This document shows positions 39,865-49,531 of a stretch of 64,000 nucleotides of DNA, one piece after another; the stretch's first letter is position 1; every line of letters begins with the position of its first letter. This stretch comes from Terriglobia bacterium. Lineage in GTDB: Bacteria; Acidobacteriota; Terriglobia; 20CM-2-55-15. The notes under the pieces were generated by a model. The model searched no databases. It was not told the DNA's origin and was given only the letters and a program-made list of their open reading frames with translations. Both the position numbers and the translations under genes were made by a program. The stretch covers positions 96,001 through 160,000 of the forward strand of contig CAXWPJ010000010.1 in the NCBI GenBank assembly GCA_963664115.2, read 5' to 3'.

Positions 39865-40230
39865 GTGCCAAGAGTCAAAAGAGGGACCAAGAGACACGAT
39901 CGCCGAAAAAAGATTCTAAAGGCGGCGAAGGGCTACTTCCTAAACAAGAGTAAGCTCTTCAAGTTCGCCACGGAATCCGTAGATCGCGCACTCCAGTACG
40001 CTTATCGCGACCGTCGAACGCGCAAACGCGATTTCCGTCGGCTTTGGATCATCCGCATCGGAGCCGCGGCGCGAGAGAACGGCATCAACTATAACCAGTT
40101 CATCTCAGGGCTGAAGAAAGCCGGAATCGAACTGGACCGCAAGATTCTGGCAGATATCGCCTTAGCGGATCCTGCGGGTTTCGCTCAACTGGCGGAGAAG
40201 GCAAAAGCAGCTATCGGCCTCCCCGCATAG
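39865..40230 (+). CDS. rplT: 50S ribosomal protein L20
   Basis: MPRVKRG and [18 protein letters not shown]. Confidence 0.98.
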   Translation: MPRVKRGTKRHDRRKKILKAAKGYFLNKSKLFKFATESVDRALQYAYRDRRTRKRDFRRLWIIRIGAAARENGINYNQFISGLKKAGIELDRKILADIALADPAGFAQLAEKAKAAIGLPA

Positions 40231-40234
40231 GCCG

Positions 40235-41272
40235 ATGGCTTCCGGTTCAGGAATCGACCAGCTTCGCCAGATCGGCGAGCAATTCGAGCAGGACAGGAAC
40301 GCTGCTACAGACCGTCGGTCTCTGGACGAAATCCGCAGTCGATATCTTTCCCGCAAGTCCGGTCTACTGACACTCACTCTGCAGTCGCTTCGTTCCTTAC
40401 CAAAGGATGAGCGTTCCGAGTTCGGCAAGTTTGGCAACGCGCTGAAGCAAAAAATCGAGGCTTCGCTCGCTGCACTGGAAGAATCGGTCGCGACCCAGTT
40501 GCGCCAACAGCAGATCGAGGAAGAAACCCTGGATGTCAGCCTTCCGGGTTCACTGCCCCGCATCGGGCATTCCCATCCCATCACACTCGTCCGCGCTGAG
40601 ATGGAGTCCATATTCGTCTCGATGGGCTACACCGTAGAAGACGGCCCGGAAATCGAGTCGACCTATTACAACTTCGAGGCCCTCAACATCCCGGTCGGAC
40701 ATCCGGCGCGTGACCCATCCGACACCTTCTATGTTTCTGAGGACGTCGTTCTCAGGACGCACACATCTCCGGTTCAGGTGAGAACGATGGAGAAACGGCA
40801 ACCCCCGATCCGCATCATCTGCCCGGGACGCGTCTTTCGCCATGACGATCTGGACGCAACGCACTCCCCGATGTTCCATCAGATCGAAGGGTTGGTCGTC
40901 GACGAAGGAATCACCTTCGCAGACCTGAAGGGCACTCTCGAGCTCTTCCATCACCGGTTCTTCGGTCCGAATACCAATACACGCTTCCGCCCGAGCTTCT
41001 TCCCTTTTACAGAGCCCAGCGCGGAAGTCGATGTCTCTTGTCCCTTCTGCGGAGGCAGCGGCTGTCGTGTATGCAAGCAGACCGGGTGGATCGAAACGAT
41101 GGGCGCGGGCATGGTGAATCCCGTTCTCTATAGCTTTGTAAAATACGACCCCGAACGTTACAGCGGGTTTGCCTTTGGGATGGGCATCGACCGGTACGCG
41201 ATGATCAAGTACCGGATCAGTGACATACCCGTATTGTTCGAAAACGACATGCGGTTTCTCGAGCAGTTCTGA
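40235..41272 (+). CDS. pheS: Phenylalanine--tRNA ligase alpha subunit
   Basis: HPARD..DTFY, LRTHTSPVQ, FRPSFFPFTEPS and GFAFGMG motifs. Confidence 0.98.
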   Translation: MASGSGIDQLRQIGEQFEQDRNAATDRRSLDEIRSRYLSRKSGLLTLTLQSLRSLPKDERSEFGKFGNALKQKIEASLAALEESVATQLRQQQIEEETLDVSLPGSLPRIGHSHPITLVRAEMESIFVSMGYTVEDGPEIESTYYNFEALNIPVGHPARDPSDTFYVSEDVVLRTHTSPVQVRTMEKRQPPIRIICPGRVFRHDDLDATHSPMFHQIEGLVVDEGITFADLKGTLELFHHRFFGPNTNTRFRPSFFPFTEPSAEVDVSCPFCGGSGCRVCKQTGWIETMGAGMVNPVLYSFVKYDPERYSGFAFGMGIDRYAMIKYRISDIPVLFENDMRFLEQF

Positions 41273-41298
41273 CGACAAGCCGCACCTAACGAATCGAC

Positions 41299-43320
41299 AT
41301 GCGGATCAGCCTCACATGGCTTAAAGAGTTCGTTTCCACTCCCGACGATGCATCACGGCTCGGCGAGAAACTCTCGCTCGCCGGCCTCGCCGTAGACGCG
41401 ATCGAGGAGAACGGAGACGACATCATTCTCGATCTGGACATCACCACGAACCGAGGCGATTGCCTCTCCCATCTGGGTGTCGCCCGGGAGGTGGCCACAC
41501 TCTACCGGAAGGAAGTCATCCTGCCTCAGTTCGAAGTTGCCGAGATCGATCGCGCTACTGGCGACGCATTTTCGATCTCGATCACCGATGAGGATCTCTG
41601 CAAGCGCTATTGCGGCCGCTACATCGAGGGTGTCAGGATCGGGAAATCCCCCGACTGGCTTGTGCGGCGCATAGAAGCCCTTGGAATCCGCTCCATCAAC
41701 AATGTCGCCGACATTACAAATTATGTCCTGATGGAGTTGGGCCACCCTCTCCATGCTTTCGACGCAGACACACTGGCGGACAAGCAAATCATCGTACGCC
41801 GGGCCGAATCCGATGAAACACTCACGACGCTGGATGGCGAAAAGAGAGAACTGGACCCGTCTATGCTAGTGATTGCGGACCAAAGACAAGCGGTGGCGCT
41901 GGCGGGAATTATGGGCGGTGAGGAGACCGAAATTTCTGCCTCCACCAACAACGTTCTGCTTGAAAGCGCCTGGTTCGATCCACTCTCGATACGCAAGACC
42001 GCCCGAGCGGTAAACCTCAGCACAGAAGCGTCCTATCGCTTCGAACGAGGGGCCGACATCGAAATGGCCCGCGTCGCTTGCGACCGGGGGGCGCAACTCA
42101 TCGCGGAGATCGCCGGTGGCAGGATTTATGAAGGCGTACTTGATGTTTATCCTTCAGGTAAGACCGCAAAATCCCGAACCAGTCTGCGACGGGCACGGAT
42201 CCGGGAATATCTAGGCATGGAGATTCCGGATATCGAGGTCACGCGTATCTTCACAGGTTTGGGATTCGATGTTGTCGCGGGAACGGATTCCGCGGGCTGG
42301 AGCGTGGACATACCCAGCCACAGGCACGATGTAAGCGGCGAAGAGGACCTGTTAGAGGAGGTGGCGCGTATCTACGGTTACGATCGATTCCCGTCGACTC
42401 TTCCCGCATGGAGCGCCCCGGGAGAGCGATTGCCGTGGCAGGCGGAAGAAACGCGGATACGGGAGCTGTTATCCGGAATGGGATACTCGGAAGCCTGCAG
42501 CATCGCTTTCAGCGACAGGGAGACCGAAGCGCGGTTCGCCCCGGGAGTCGAGCCGGTCACCTTGAGAAATCCGCTTTCCGAAGAAGCTCCGGTTCTTCGA
42601 ACATCTCTGGTTCCCAGCATGCTGCGGTCTCTGCAATGGAACCTGAACCGCGGAGTTCGAAACGTTCTCCTCTACGAAATTGGCAAGGTCTACCCGGCAA
42701 GTGGAGAGTACCGGCAGTTGGTTATCGCCCAAACTGGAGCGGCGCGTCCTGGATCCATTCACCATCCACCGTTCGAGTCCGACTTCTATACGCTGAAGGG
42801 TAATGTCGAAACATTACTCGGCGGTTTTTCGGTGAACACCGATCCGTCGATGAACGACCTGGGGCCCTGCTACCATCGCGGCCGGAGCATGCGAATCGGG
42901 TCTGTTGCGAGGCTGGGTGAGCTCGACCAGAGCGCCCGGGATCTGTTCAAACTGCGCCAGAAGGTGTGCGTTGCAGAGATCGACATCGAAGAACTCTATA
43001 CCGCGGGACTCAGGAACGTTGCAGCCGCCGCGATTCCGAAGTACCCTGCCATACGACACGATCTATCATTGGTACTCGATCGAAAAATGCCTTACTCGGA
43101 CGTGTTGACGGCAATCCGGGCCACGCGAATCCCAGAGCTCGTCACCGTCGATCCGTTCGACAGGCTCGATGCGGGACCGTTTCCGGAGTCGTGTTACAGC
43201 CTGGCCGTAGGGCTTGTATACCAGTCCTCCGAACGCACGCTGACGGATGAGGAAGTACAGGAGTTCGACAGGAAAATCCTTGATCAGCTCGAAGGCATCG
43301 GGGTGAAGCTACGGAGCTGA
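41299..43320 (+). CDS. pheT: Phenylalanine--tRNA ligase beta subunit (short form without the OB-fold tRNA-binding domain)
   Basis: NRGDCLSHLGVARE, HPLHAFD, ASYRFERG, EEVARIYG and RTLTDEEV motifs. Confidence 0.96.
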   Translation: MRISLTWLKEFVSTPDDASRLGEKLSLAGLAVDAIEENGDDIILDLDITTNRGDCLSHLGVAREVATLYRKEVILPQFEVAEIDRATGDAFSISITDEDLCKRYCGRYIEGVRIGKSPDWLVRRIEALGIRSINNVADITNYVLMELGHPLHAFDADTLADKQIIVRRAESDETLTTLDGEKRELDPSMLVIADQRQAVALAGIMGGEETEISASTNNVLLESAWFDPLSIRKTARAVNLSTEASYRFERGADIEMARVACDRGAQLIAEIAGGRIYEGVLDVYPSGKTAKSRTSLRRARIREYLGMEIPDIEVTRIFTGLGFDVVAGTDSAGWSVDIPSHRHDVSGEEDLLEEVARIYGYDRFPSTLPAWSAPGERLPWQAEETRIRELLSGMGYSEACSIAFSDRETEARFAPGVEPVTLRNPLSEEAPVLRTSLVPSMLRSLQWNLNRGVRNVLLYEIGKVYPASGEYRQLVIAQTGAARPGSIHHPPFESDFYTLKGNVETLLGGFSVNTDPSMNDLGPCYHRGRSMRIGSVARLGELDQSARDLFKLRQKVCVAEIDIEELYTAGLRNVAAAAIPKYPAIRHDLSLVLDRKMPYSDVLTAIRATRIPELVTVDPFDRLDAGPFPESCYSLAVGLVYQSSERTLTDEEVQEFDRKILDQLEGIGVKLRS

Positions 43321-43327
43321 AACAGTC

Positions 43328-43582
43328 ATGAAATCTGGCCCGACGGAAGCACTGGAAAGATTCAAAGCCCTTGAGGACCGCGTCGGGCTGATTCTGGATG
43401 CGCTCCAGAAGACGCGATTGGAAAAAGGAGCAGCCGAGAGAGAACTCGCAGAGGCGCGTCGACAGATCAAACTGCTCGAAAAGGACGTAGACGGACTGCG
43501 CAAGGAACGAGGCGTGGTCCGCGGCCGCGTCAAAAGCCTGATCGAAAGCATTGCCAAACTGAGAGAGAAGCAAATTGTCTAA
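43328..43582 (+). CDS. ZapB-like coiled-coil cell division protein
   Basis: 84-aa coiled coil between pheT and zapA, ending ER..VR.RV..L. Confidence 0.65.
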   Translation: MKSGPTEALERFKALEDRVGLILDALQKTRLEKGAAERELAEARRQIKLLEKDVDGLRKERGVVRGRVKSLIESIAKLREKQIV

Positions 43583-43874
43583 GAAGGAAAAACACGACAT
43601 CGTCGAAATCGAAATCTACGATCAACGATACCCCCTGCGTCTCAGCACGCCGGCTAAACGAGAGGAAATCCTGAAGCTGGCCGAGGTGGTCGATCACCGG
43701 ATGAGGGAAATCGCTGAACAGACCGGGACAGTCGACTCTCTCAAGGTGGCCATCCTGACCGCCCTGCACCTGGCCGAAGAAACCCGCCAAATGGACGGCG
43801 GCTCAAAAAAGCTCGAATCGAGCGTCCGCACCGGCGCGAAGAAGTTGATAGCCGCAATCGAAAAAGAGCTGTAA
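43575..43874 (+). CDS. zapA: Cell division protein ZapA
   Basis: VEIEIYDQRY.L, LA..VD.RM.EI and VAILTALHLA. Confidence 0.9.
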   Translation: MSKKEKHDIVEIEIYDQRYPLRLSTPAKREEILKLAEVVDHRMREIAEQTGTVDSLKVAILTALHLAEETRQMDGGSKKLESSVRTGAKKLIAAIEKEL

Positions 43875-43904
43875 CTCACTCGGAAATTCCACAAGAAGAT
43901 TTTT

Positions 43905-44046
43905 CACCGCAAAGGCGCAAAGAACGATGGGCTGCCTACGTTCAGCTCATTACGGTTGGTTTGGGTTAGCAAAAAAACCGTGGGGAACCCATACGCGCCG
44001 GTAAGACAAGCTATAGACGACTTCGGCTCTTTGCGCCTTTGCGGTT
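43905..44046. repeat. Inverted-repeat element family A, 142-bp copy
   Basis: Same 17-bp IR; interior colinear with the copy at 45127. Confidence 0.9.
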
Positions 44047-44101
44047 CAGCTTTCCTGCTTCTCAGATGTATTCCTTTCGGCAACGAATCACACAGTGCCG
44101 T

Positions 44102-44131
44102 TTGACCTGGTTTCAGACATTCACCTACAAT
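44102..44131 (+). promoter_or_regulatory. sigma70-like promoter of 6S RNA
   Basis: TTGACC-N18-TACAAT immediately before the 6S 5' end. Confidence 0.6.
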
Positions 44132-44136
44132 CGAGT

Positions 44137-44314
44137 GGCCCTGCAAAGTGCGTGCTGGTGCGACATTATTTGACCTATGTCTTATTTGAAGGGGTCCGAT
44201 TCTCGCGTGGTGTGCGGGCCATCCCTACGGGTTGATAGCTCCCTAAAGCGCGGATAGGACACCCACCCTGTTTCGACAGACTCAAATAAGGGTGCCACAC
44301 GGCCAAGCGGGGTT
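44137..44314 (+). ncRNA. ssrS: 6S RNA
   Basis: About 180 nt between zapA and ymdB. The 5' CCCTGC..GTGCGTG pairs with 3' CACACGGC..GCGGGG; TTGACC/CTCAA and CACCCACC motifs are typical of 6S. Confidence 0.8.
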
Positions 44315-44324
44315 TTTTGCTTTC

Positions 44325-45100
44325 ATGAACATTCTTTTCATAGGCGACATCGTCGCCCGTGCCGGGCGCGAGGTGCTCCGCGAGCACCTGAAATCAATCC
44401 AGGAAGAGTATGCAATCGACTTCACAATCTCGAACTGCGAAAACGCAGCAGCCGGCTTTGGCGTGACGCCGACAATTGCGGATGAACTACTCTGCTGGGG
44501 CGTGGATGTTCTGACTTCGGGAAACCACATCTGGGACAAAAAGGAAATCCTGCCCTATCTGGATACAGAGCCTCGGCTCATTCGTCCAGCCAACTATCCA
44601 CCAACAAATCCCGGTCAAGGTAGAGTCGTCGTCAACACCGCAGGAGGAGAATCCGTCGCCGCAATCAACATCCAGGGTCTGTCATTCATGCCGCCTATTG
44701 ACGACCCATTTCGGGCAATTGACCGGGAGTTGGCACAGATACCGGATCATACCCGTGTTGTGGTGGTGGACATCCACGCCGAAGCCACTGCCGAGAAAGT
44801 CGCCATGGGTTGGTATCTGGACGGAAGAGTGTCCGCTGTTCTGGGAAGCCACACCCATATCCCGACCGCAGATGAGAGAGTATTGCCCGAAGGCACGGCC
44901 TATCAAACCGACGTGGGTATGACCGGCCCCTTCGATTCCGTCATCGGCATGAGCCGCGAATCCGTGATGGAGCGATTTCATAAAAAGATCCCGGTACGGT
45001 TTGAGCCCGCTACCGACGATGCCCAGGTAAACGTGTCGTGATCGATGTAGATTCGGAAACAGGCAAAGCCCGCTCGATCCAGAGAGTACGGCGGGGATAG
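44325..45100 (+). CDS. ymdB: TIGR00282/YmdB metallophosphoesterase, with a 1-nt frameshift near 45032
   Basis: FIGDIV, NCENAAAG, TSGNH, DIHAEATAEK, GSHTH and TDVGMTG motifs. The expected C-terminus VVIDVDSETGKARSIQRV lies in the shifted frame, ending at 45100. Confidence 0.9.
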
Positions 45101-45126
45101 TAGCGTAAAATAAGAAATGTATTTTT

Positions 45127-45268
45127 CACCGCAAAGGCGCAAAGAGAGATGGGCTGAGTACGTGCGACTCACCACGGTTGGTTTGGGTCAACAATAATGT
45201 CATTGGGAACCACCCCGGTCCGTTAAGGCGAATTCTGTACGACCTCGTACCTTTGCGCCTTTGCGGTT
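45127..45268. repeat. Inverted-repeat element family A, 142-bp copy
   Basis: Same 17-bp IR; gap-free alignment to 43905-44046 with about 75% identity (manual count). Confidence 0.9.
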
Positions 45269-45328
45269 AGTTCTTCTTCCCCAGGGTATTCCTCCATTCC
45301 TCTGCGCCTCTGCGGATCGTTCTGATCT

Positions 45329-46696
45329 ATGTTTGAAAATCTCTCAGACAGACTGCAGCAGGTTTTTAAGAACCTTCGTGGCGAAGGAAAGCTGTCCGCA
45401 GAACATATCGAGGAAGCTCTCAAAGAGATCCGGATGGCTCTGCTTGAGGCGGATGTCAATTTCAAAGTCGTGCGGCAGTTCACCGACCGCGTCAAGGCAA
45501 AGGCGCTGGGGCAAGAAGTGCTTGGGAGCCTCAGTCCAGGGCAACAGGTCGTCAAAGTTGTCCGCGACGAGATGGTTCAGATTCTGGGTGGTGAGACCGC
45601 GCGCATCAAGTTCGCGTCCCAGCCTCCGACTGTCATTCTGATGGTCGGTCTCCAGGGATCGGGCAAGACGACGTCGAGCGGAAAACTCGCCCGGTGGCTC
45701 CAGAAACAGGGGCATCGTCCAATGTTGGTGTCGGTGGACGTCTACCGCCCCGCCGCGCGCGAGCAACTGCGAGTCATAGCCGCTGAGGTCGAAGCCCCGG
45801 TCTGGGAAGGGGAGCCGGGTGATGCTCCGCTTGAGCTCTCCAGGCGAGCTCTTCAGGAAGCCAGAGACAGCGCTCACGACGTCCTGATCATCGACACGGC
45901 CGGCAGGCTCCACACAGACGACGCACAGATGGCGGAACTCAAGGAAATCAAAGACACCCTGAACCCCCAGGAAATCCTGTTCGTCGCCGACGCGATGCTT
46001 GGACAGGATGCGGTCCGGAGCGCAGAGCAGTTTCACACTCAGCTGGACTTCACCGGCTTCATCTTGACGAAACTGGACGGTGACGCCCGCGGCGGCGCGG
46101 CCCTGTCGATTCACTCGGTCACCGGCAAGCCGATCAAGTTCGTGGGGAACGGTGAAAAATATGAAGCCCTGGAACAGTTCCATCCCGACCGGCTCGTGTC
46201 ACGGATCCTGGGGATGGGCGACATTCTGTCGTTAATCGAAAAGGCCGAAGAGACGATCGACCACGAAAAGGCCCTCGAACTCCAAAAAAAGATTCTTAAA
46301 AGCACGTTCACGCTGGAGGATTTCCGAGACCAGCTGCAGCAGATCCGGAAAATGGGTTCCCTGGAGCAGATCCTCGGTATGCTCCCCAATATCGGACCGT
46401 TCAAAGATATCGGCAAGGTCCAGGTCGACGAGAAAGAGCTGGGTCGAACCGAAGCCATCATCAACTCGATGACGCCCAAGGAACGCCGTAACCACCAGAT
46501 AATAAACGGAAGCCGTCGCAAGAGGATCGCCAAAGGCAGCGGGACCTCGGTCCAGCAGGTCAACCAGATGCTGAAGCAATACATCCAGACCCTCAAGATG
46601 ATGAAGGGCCTGACGGGCGGCGGGGCCAAGAAGGGTAAAAAGGGGAAAAGAGGCAGACGCGTGAAAGGTTTTCGCTTGCCACAGATGCCGATGTAG
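45329..46696 (+). CDS. ffh: Signal recognition particle protein
   Basis: ALLEADV, GLQGSGKTT, DTAGR, TKLDGDARGG and AIINSMT..ER motifs. Confidence 0.98.
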   Translation: MFENLSDRLQQVFKNLRGEGKLSAEHIEEALKEIRMALLEADVNFKVVRQFTDRVKAKALGQEVLGSLSPGQQVVKVVRDEMVQILGGETARIKFASQPPTVILMVGLQGSGKTTSSGKLARWLQKQGHRPMLVSVDVYRPAAREQLRVIAAEVEAPVWEGEPGDAPLELSRRALQEARDSAHDVLIIDTAGRLHTDDAQMAELKEIKDTLNPQEILFVADAMLGQDAVRSAEQFHTQLDFTGFILTKLDGDARGGAALSIHSVTGKPIKFVGNGEKYEALEQFHPDRLVSRILGMGDILSLIEKAEETIDHEKALELQKKILKSTFTLEDFRDQLQQIRKMGSLEQILGMLPNIGPFKDIGKVQVDEKELGRTEAIINSMTPKERRNHQIINGSRRKRIAKGSGTSVQQVNQMLKQYIQTLKMMKGLTGGGAKKGKKGKRGRRVKGFRLPQMPM

Positions 46697-46721
46697 TTGT
46701 CCACCGCCAATGAATTCGTTA

Positions 46722-46751
46722 TTGACGTAGTTTTCGCTGAAAAACTATAAT
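46722..46751 (+). promoter_or_regulatory. sigma70 promoter of the rpsP operon, with a dyad in the spacer
   Basis: TTGACG-N18-TATAAT with a TAGTTTT/AAAACTA inverted repeat. Confidence 0.65.
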
Positions 46752-46849
46752 TTCAGGTAATTTAGTAGGGACCCCCCAAGTCGCCTCGACTGCGGTCGAT
46801 GGTGAAGCGGTGTCTTCTGTAGTGTTCACCGACATAGGAGGTTGATGAT

Positions 46850-47089
46850 TTGGTAGCGATGCGTCTGACCCGGATTGGTTCGAAGAAGCGCCCTTATTAC
46901 AGAATCGTGGTTATTGAAAAGAAACGGGCGCAGAACGGCCGCTTTCTGGAGATTCTGGGCCAGTACAACCCCCTGACTAACCCGGCACATGTTGAGGTCA
47001 ACGAGGACCGGGCGCGCTACTGGCTCTCCAAAGGGGCACAGCCTTCTGACACGGTACGCAGCATTCTGCACAAGAGAGAAATCGTCTAG
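46850..47089 (+). CDS. rpsP: 30S ribosomal protein S16
   Basis: RLTRIGSKKRPYYRIVV and WLSKGAQPSDTV. Confidence 0.97.
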   Translation: MVAMRLTRIGSKKRPYYRIVVIEKKRAQNGRFLEILGQYNPLTNPAHVEVNEDRARYWLSKGAQPSDTVRSILHKREIV

Positions 47090-47173
47090 CGCCGGGTAGG
47101 CCCTCGGGAAGTCCTCGCCGAATTTCGGTCGCTGACTCGAACACGTGCACTTGATGTCGTAGCTGGAGGTGGC

Positions 47174-47404
47174 ATGAAAGAGCTCGTTGAACAGATCGCA
47201 AAGGCGCTGGTGGACAGTCCCGATGAAGTCGCTGTTAACGCGATCGAAGGAGAACAGACAACTGTTCTTGAGTTACGCGTGGCTCCGAGTGACCTCGGAA
47301 AGGTGATCGGCAAACAAGGTCGGACGGCGCGATCCATTCGAACCATTCTCAGCGCGGCCGGAATGAAGCTGAAGAAGCGGTTCACGCTGGAAATCCTGGA
47401 GTAA
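47174..47404 (+). CDS. khpA: KH domain RNA-binding protein
   Basis: [17 protein letters not shown]; lies between rpsP and rimM. Confidence 0.92.
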   Translation: MKELVEQIAKALVDSPDEVAVNAIEGEQTTVLELRVAPSDLGKVIGKQGRTARSIRTILSAAGMKLKKRFTLEILE

Positions 47405-47408
47405 ACCC

Positions 47409-47999
47409 ATCAGCCGCCACCAGGAAACTCTCGTTCCCATCGCCAGCATCACACGAACCCAGGGCCTCGACGGCATGGTCAGGGTGCGTATTGAGTTCGA
47501 TGATTCCCGGTTGTTTGAGGCGGGCCGGGCTGTGATCTTGACTCTGGAAGGCAAAAGCGGACAACGAGTCGAAACGGAAATTGAGAAGTTCAGATTTCAG
47601 CATGGGCGTTGGGTCGCCAAGCTGAAAAACATCGATTCGATCTCTGAAGCCGAGAGATGGATTGGGGGACGAATCTGGATTCCCAAGAAAGATTGGCCCG
47701 AAGCAGAGGAAGGCTCCTTTTACAGTTATGACTTGGAAGGCTGCGCGGTCTACCGAGAAGGTGAGGACATCGGAACAGTTGTGGAGGTTCTCGACTACGG
47801 GAGCACGACACTGCTACGGCTGGACCGGGAAGGCGAAGAGATACTAATCCCCTTCGCGCGCTCGTTTCTGAAAAAAATCGATACCCGGGCCGAGCGGATC
47901 GACGTGGAGTTGCCCGAGGGTTTGCTTGAGGTGAATAGGAAGTTGGGAGCGACGAATAAGAAAGAAGAAAAGACCCTCAACACGAAGACACGAATATAA
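47409..47999 (+). CDS. rimM: Ribosome maturation factor RimM (probable ATC start)
   Basis: The in-frame N-terminus IASITRTQGLDGMV lies upstream of the first ATG (47475). FYSYDLEG, EILIPF and IDVELPEGL motifs; lies before trmD. Confidence 0.88.
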   Translation: MSRHQETLVPIASITRTQGLDGMVRVRIEFDDSRLFEAGRAVILTLEGKSGQRVETEIEKFRFQHGRWVAKLKNIDSISEAERWIGGRIWIPKKDWPEAEEGSFYSYDLEGCAVYREGEDIGTVVEVLDYGSTTLLRLDREGEEILIPFARSFLKKIDTRAERIDVELPEGLLEVNRKLGATNKKEEKTLNTKTRI

Positions 48000-48058
48000 C
48001 GAAGTTAAGAGATATATAGGAATCCGATCCCTTCGTTTCACTCCGTTTCCTTCGTGTT
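47979..48058. repeat. Inverted-repeat element family B (AACACGAAG...CTTCGTGTT, roughly 9-bp periodic arms)
   Basis: Arms built from repeated (C)ACGAAG / CTTCGT units; second copy at 56559. Confidence 0.7.
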
Positions 48059-48086
48059 AAAAATGACAAAGGTACGATGAACGGAT

Positions 48087-48851
48087 ATGCCAGTACTTGA
48101 ATTTGACGTTATCACGATTTTCCCGGGCTTCTTCGAGGGCCCCCTCAATCACGGGATCATCCGGCGAGCTCGCGAGCGGGACTTAATCGATACGCGGGTG
48201 CATGATTTGAGGGCGTACACGAAAGACCGCCACCACACGGTCGACGATAGACCTTTCGGTGGTGGTGAAGGTATGGTGCTGAAGCCGGAACCGATATTTG
48301 ACGCAGTCGAAGCTCTTCCGAACACGGGAGAGTCGACTGAGATTGTTGTACTGAGTGCCTCGGGCCGTCCTTTTTCACAGGCCGAAGCGCTCCGCTTGTC
48401 GCACGCGGATCAGATCGTCCTTATTTGCGGGCGCTACGAAGGAATCGATGAACGCGTTGCCCAACACCTGGCAACAACGGAGATATCGATCGGAGACTAC
48501 ATCGTTTCCGGAGGAGAAGTCGCCGCAGCCGTGGTTATCGACGCCGTGACCCGTTACGTACCCGGCGCTGTGGGGAAGGAAGAATCCATCTTGAAAGATT
48601 CCTTCTCAGATCCTGAATCGATAGCCAAACAGGTGGAGCATCCTCACTACACGCGGCCGGCGGAGTTTCGGGGTTTGCGCGTACCCGATGTTTTGTTGTC
48701 GGGAGATCACGCGGCTATTTCCAGCTGGCGGCGAAGGGAATCCCTGAGTAAGACCCTGAAGAACAGACCCGACCTGACGGATATGAGCCTTCTGAAGGAT
48801 TCAGATATCCAGGCGCCGGAGCGAAAAGAGGAAATCAGTAACCACGCTTGA
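48087..48851 (+). CDS. trmD: tRNA (guanine37-N1)-methyltransferase
   Basis: [32 protein letters not shown] and HYTRP motifs. Confidence 0.98.
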   Translation: MPVLEFDVITIFPGFFEGPLNHGIIRRARERDLIDTRVHDLRAYTKDRHHTVDDRPFGGGEGMVLKPEPIFDAVEALPNTGESTEIVVLSASGRPFSQAEALRLSHADQIVLICGRYEGIDERVAQHLATTEISIGDYIVSGGEVAAAVVIDAVTRYVPGAVGKEESILKDSFSDPESIAKQVEHPHYTRPAEFRGLRVPDVLLSGDHAAISSWRRRESLSKTLKNRPDLTDMSLLKDSDIQAPERKEEISNHA

Positions 48852-48906
48852 GTTGAGGAACGAGGAAATCGGCAACCGCACTCCGGTTGCCGAACAGAGA
48901 GGCATT

Positions 48907-49251
48907 ATGAACATCATAAATTATTTGGAAGAACAGCAGCTTCGGGACGACATTCCCGAGTTCAAGCCCGGCGACACGTTAAAGGTTCACGTCCGCATCC
49001 GGGAAGGTGAAAAGGAACGCATCCAGATATTTGAAGGCGTGTGTATCGCACAGAAGCACGGCGGGATTCGGGAGACATTCACGGTTCGAAAGATCTCGTT
49101 CGGACAAGGAGTGGAAAGGGTGTTTCCGATTCACTCGAAAACGATCGACAAGATCGAAGTGCTTCGGCGTGGCCGAGTCCGACGCGCAAAGCTCTATTAC
49201 ATCAGGGAACTACGCGGCAAGGCAGCCCGAATCAAGGAACTCAGGAAATAG
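48907..49251 (+). CDS. rplS: 50S ribosomal protein L19
   Basis: [21 protein letters not shown] and VRRAKLYY motifs; ATG at 48907. Confidence 0.97.
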   Translation: MNIINYLEEQQLRDDIPEFKPGDTLKVHVRIREGEKERIQIFEGVCIAQKHGGIRETFTVRKISFGQGVERVFPIHSKTIDKIEVLRRGRVRRAKLYYIRELRGKAARIKELRK

Positions 49252-49282
49252 CCCTGGCCTCGAACGCACGTAACTGAACATC

Positions 49283-49531
49283 ATGAGTCGAGTGTTCGGC
49301 GTCGGGACTATCCTCTTTAGTTTTGAGATTGGACTCTTTCTGATCTACGTTCCCTGGTCCACACTCTGGGAAAACAACCTCCTCTTCTTATATGCTCCGG
49401 CGATTCGGCCCCTCCTACTCAGCACTTTCTTCCGTAGCGGGGTGACAGCGCTGGGAGGATTGAACTGCCTGATCGGCGTGTCTGAAGTCCGTCGGTTTTA
49501 CGCTTCGAAATCCCCGAACTCCCGAGAATGA
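49283..49531 (+). CDS. Small membrane protein
   Basis: Two hydrophobic segments; ATGA overlap with the next gene. Confidence 0.6.
   Translation: MSRVFGVGTILFSFEIGLFLIYVPWSTLWENNLLFLYAPAIRPLLLSTFFRSGVTALGGLNCLIGVSEVRRFYASKSPNSRE

Noticed and set aside
41299-43320. PheT truncation as a defect or novelty
   Set aside because: Loss of the OB-fold domain is a known natural variant, and all other motifs are intact.
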